NCBI RefSeq assembly: GCF_023055435.1
Contig: NW_025964002.1
Location: 3,782,001 to 3,846,000, forward strand
DNA length: 64,000 nt
Source of the DNA: Haliotis rufescens
Lineage: Eukaryota
Reading direction: 5' to 3'
The notes under the pieces are model-generated. The model did not search any database. It worked only from the letters and a program-made list of their open reading frames with translations, and was not told the origin of the DNA. Position 1 is the first letter of the stretch. Every line of letters begins with the position of its first letter. The position numbers and the translations under genes are program-made. Positions 62,071 through 64,000 of the stretch are shown piece after piece.

Positions 62071-63262
62071 TTAGGTTTTAATGAAGTTTCAAACTTTTGA
62101 ACAAATAGCTTCATAGGTTTTAATGAAGTTTCAAACTTTTGAACAAACAGCTTCACGGGATTTATTAAGTTTCAAACTCTTGAACAAATAGCTTCACGGG
62201 TTTCATGAAGTTTCAAACTTTTGAACAAATAGCTTCAAGGGTTTAATTAGGTTTCAAATTCTTGAACAAAGAGCTTCACAGGTTTTAGTAAGTTTCAAAC
62301 TTTTGAACAAATAGCTTCACAGGTTTTAATGAAGTTTCAAACTTTTGAACAAATAGCTTCATAGGTTTTAATGAAGTTTCAAACTTTTGAACAATTAGCC
62401 TCACGGATTTCATGAAGTATCAAACTTTTGAACAAATAGCTTCAAGGGTTTTATTAAGTTTCAAATTCTTGAACAAATAGCTTCACAGGTTTTAATGAAG
62501 TTTTAAACTTTTGAACAAACAGCTTCACGGGATTTATTAAGTTTCAAACTCTTGAACAAATAGCTTCACAGGTTTTAGTAAGTTTCAAACTTTTGAACAA
62601 ATAGCTTCACAGGTTTTAATGAAGTTTCAAACTTTTGAACAAATAGCTTCACAGGTTTTTATGAAGTTTCAGACTTTTGAACAAACAGCTTCACGGGATT
62701 TATTAAGTTTCAAACTCTTGAACAAATAGCTTCACGGGATTTATTAAGTTTCAAACTTTTGAATAAACAGCTTCACGGGTTTTAGTAAGTTTCAAACTTT
62801 TGAACAAATAGCTTCATAGGTTTTAATGAGGTTTCAAACTTTTTAACAAACAGCTTCACAGGTTTTATTGAAGTTTCAAACTTTTGAACAAATAGCTTCA
62901 CGGGATTTATTAAGTTTCAAACTTTTGAATAAACAGCTTCACGGGTTTTAGTAAGTTTCAAACTTTTGAACAAATAGCTTCACAGGTTTTAATGAAGTTT
63001 CAAACTTTTGAACAAATAGCTTCACAGGTTTTAGTAAGTTTCAAACTCTTGAACAAATAGCTTCACAGGTTTTAGTAAGTTTCAAACTTTTGAACAAATA
63101 GCTTCACAGGTTTTAGTAAGTTTCAAACTTTTGAACAAATAGCTTCACAGGTTTTATTGAAGTTACAAACTTTTGAACAAATAGCTTCACAGGATTTAGT
63201 AAGTTTCAAACTTTTGAACAAAGAGCTTCACGGGATTTATTAAGTTTCAAACTTTTGAACAG
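62071..63262. repeat. 41-42-bp AT-rich minisatellite, ~28 copies
   Basis: Unit AGGTTTTA(ATG/GT)AAGTTTCAAACTTTTGAACAAATAGCTTCAC. Confidence 0.96.
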
Positions 63263-63684
63263 CTAAACTCCAAACAGCAAGAAAAAAAAATAACTCTCAC
63301 ATCAACACAAGAGAATATTCCAAACAAATCTGACATGACCTGCACACATAACAATGATCAGCAAATTGTTTTCAGATAGGTAGGACGAATTAAACATACA
63401 GACTACAAACTGACGAAATCGTCATCAAACAGCAATAGGGTCCTTTTCTGGTGTCTGCTAAATAATAAGTTTCTTTTAACTTTTTCCCAGCAAGCAGAAC
63501 ACTTTCCCTCGCCGCGCTGTTCGCAACCAGCATCTGATGTTGAGTTTCTCAATGACTTTCTTTCTATGGAACCAGTGACATTTTGTTTCCACGGCAACGA
63601 GACTTGGGGCATGCGGGACCTCATTGAAAGAAAAGGGATGTACTGTCTTGTGGTTGAGACGATTGTAGCGTAGTAACGGACCTG

Positions 63685-64000
63685 TGTTTGATTGTATTGT
63701 GTGGTGTTGTGTGATGTGTTATGAGGTTGTGAAGTTGTACCTTGTGTTGTCTTGTGTTGTGTGATAAGCTACTATAAGTGTACTATATGTACTAAGATAT
63801 GGTTATTGGACATATACGCCCACTGGGATTTTGTTCTTGAGTGTGTTTTATCGTGTTGTGTTGCGAATTTTTTGTGATGAGCTGTGTTGTGCGACGTGTT
63901 GTTGTGCGTTGAATGAGGTTGTGTTGAGGTGGTAGTAGTTGTTGTAGTAGTAGTAGTTAGTAGTAGTATAGCAGTTGTTGTAGTTGTTGTATAATAGTTC
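63685..64000. repeat. Low-complexity (TGTGT)n / (TAG)n / (TTG)n tract
   Basis: Direct inspection. Confidence 0.8.

Overview
This is repeat-rich eukaryotic (animal) genomic DNA with spliceosomal introns and one 211-N assembly gap. The SINE families and gene types point to a mollusc, probably a gastropod such as abalone (inference). Five protein-coding genes are supportable. (1) A minus-strand secreted protein: a signal-peptide exon (17335-17401), then four near-identical ~2.8-kb tandem units encoding FAMeT-like (Methyltransf_FA) domains joined by Thr-rich linkers; its 3' end was not found in the window. (2,3) Two convergent paralogs, each with an uninterrupted ~3.2-kb CDS encoding a hydantoinase/oxoprolinase-A (HyuA, ASKHA ATPase) domain fused to a DUF917 domain. 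This architecture is typical of microbes and is the best candidate for an undescribed system: possible horizontally acquired thiohydantoin/thiohistidine catabolism, with one paralog carrying an E->K change in the GRAFPE motif. (4) A three-exon RING-Bbox-coiled coil-NHL (TRIM) gene. (5) A single-exon, short-LRR Toll-like receptor, head-to-head with the TRIM gene across a 24-bp GATA/CACCC minisatellite. The rest comprises Tc1 remnants, an Academ-type remnant, MITEs, at least four SINE-like families and six tandem arrays (61, 66, 17, 70, 24 and ~42 bp). All calls come from reading the sequence; no searches were run.
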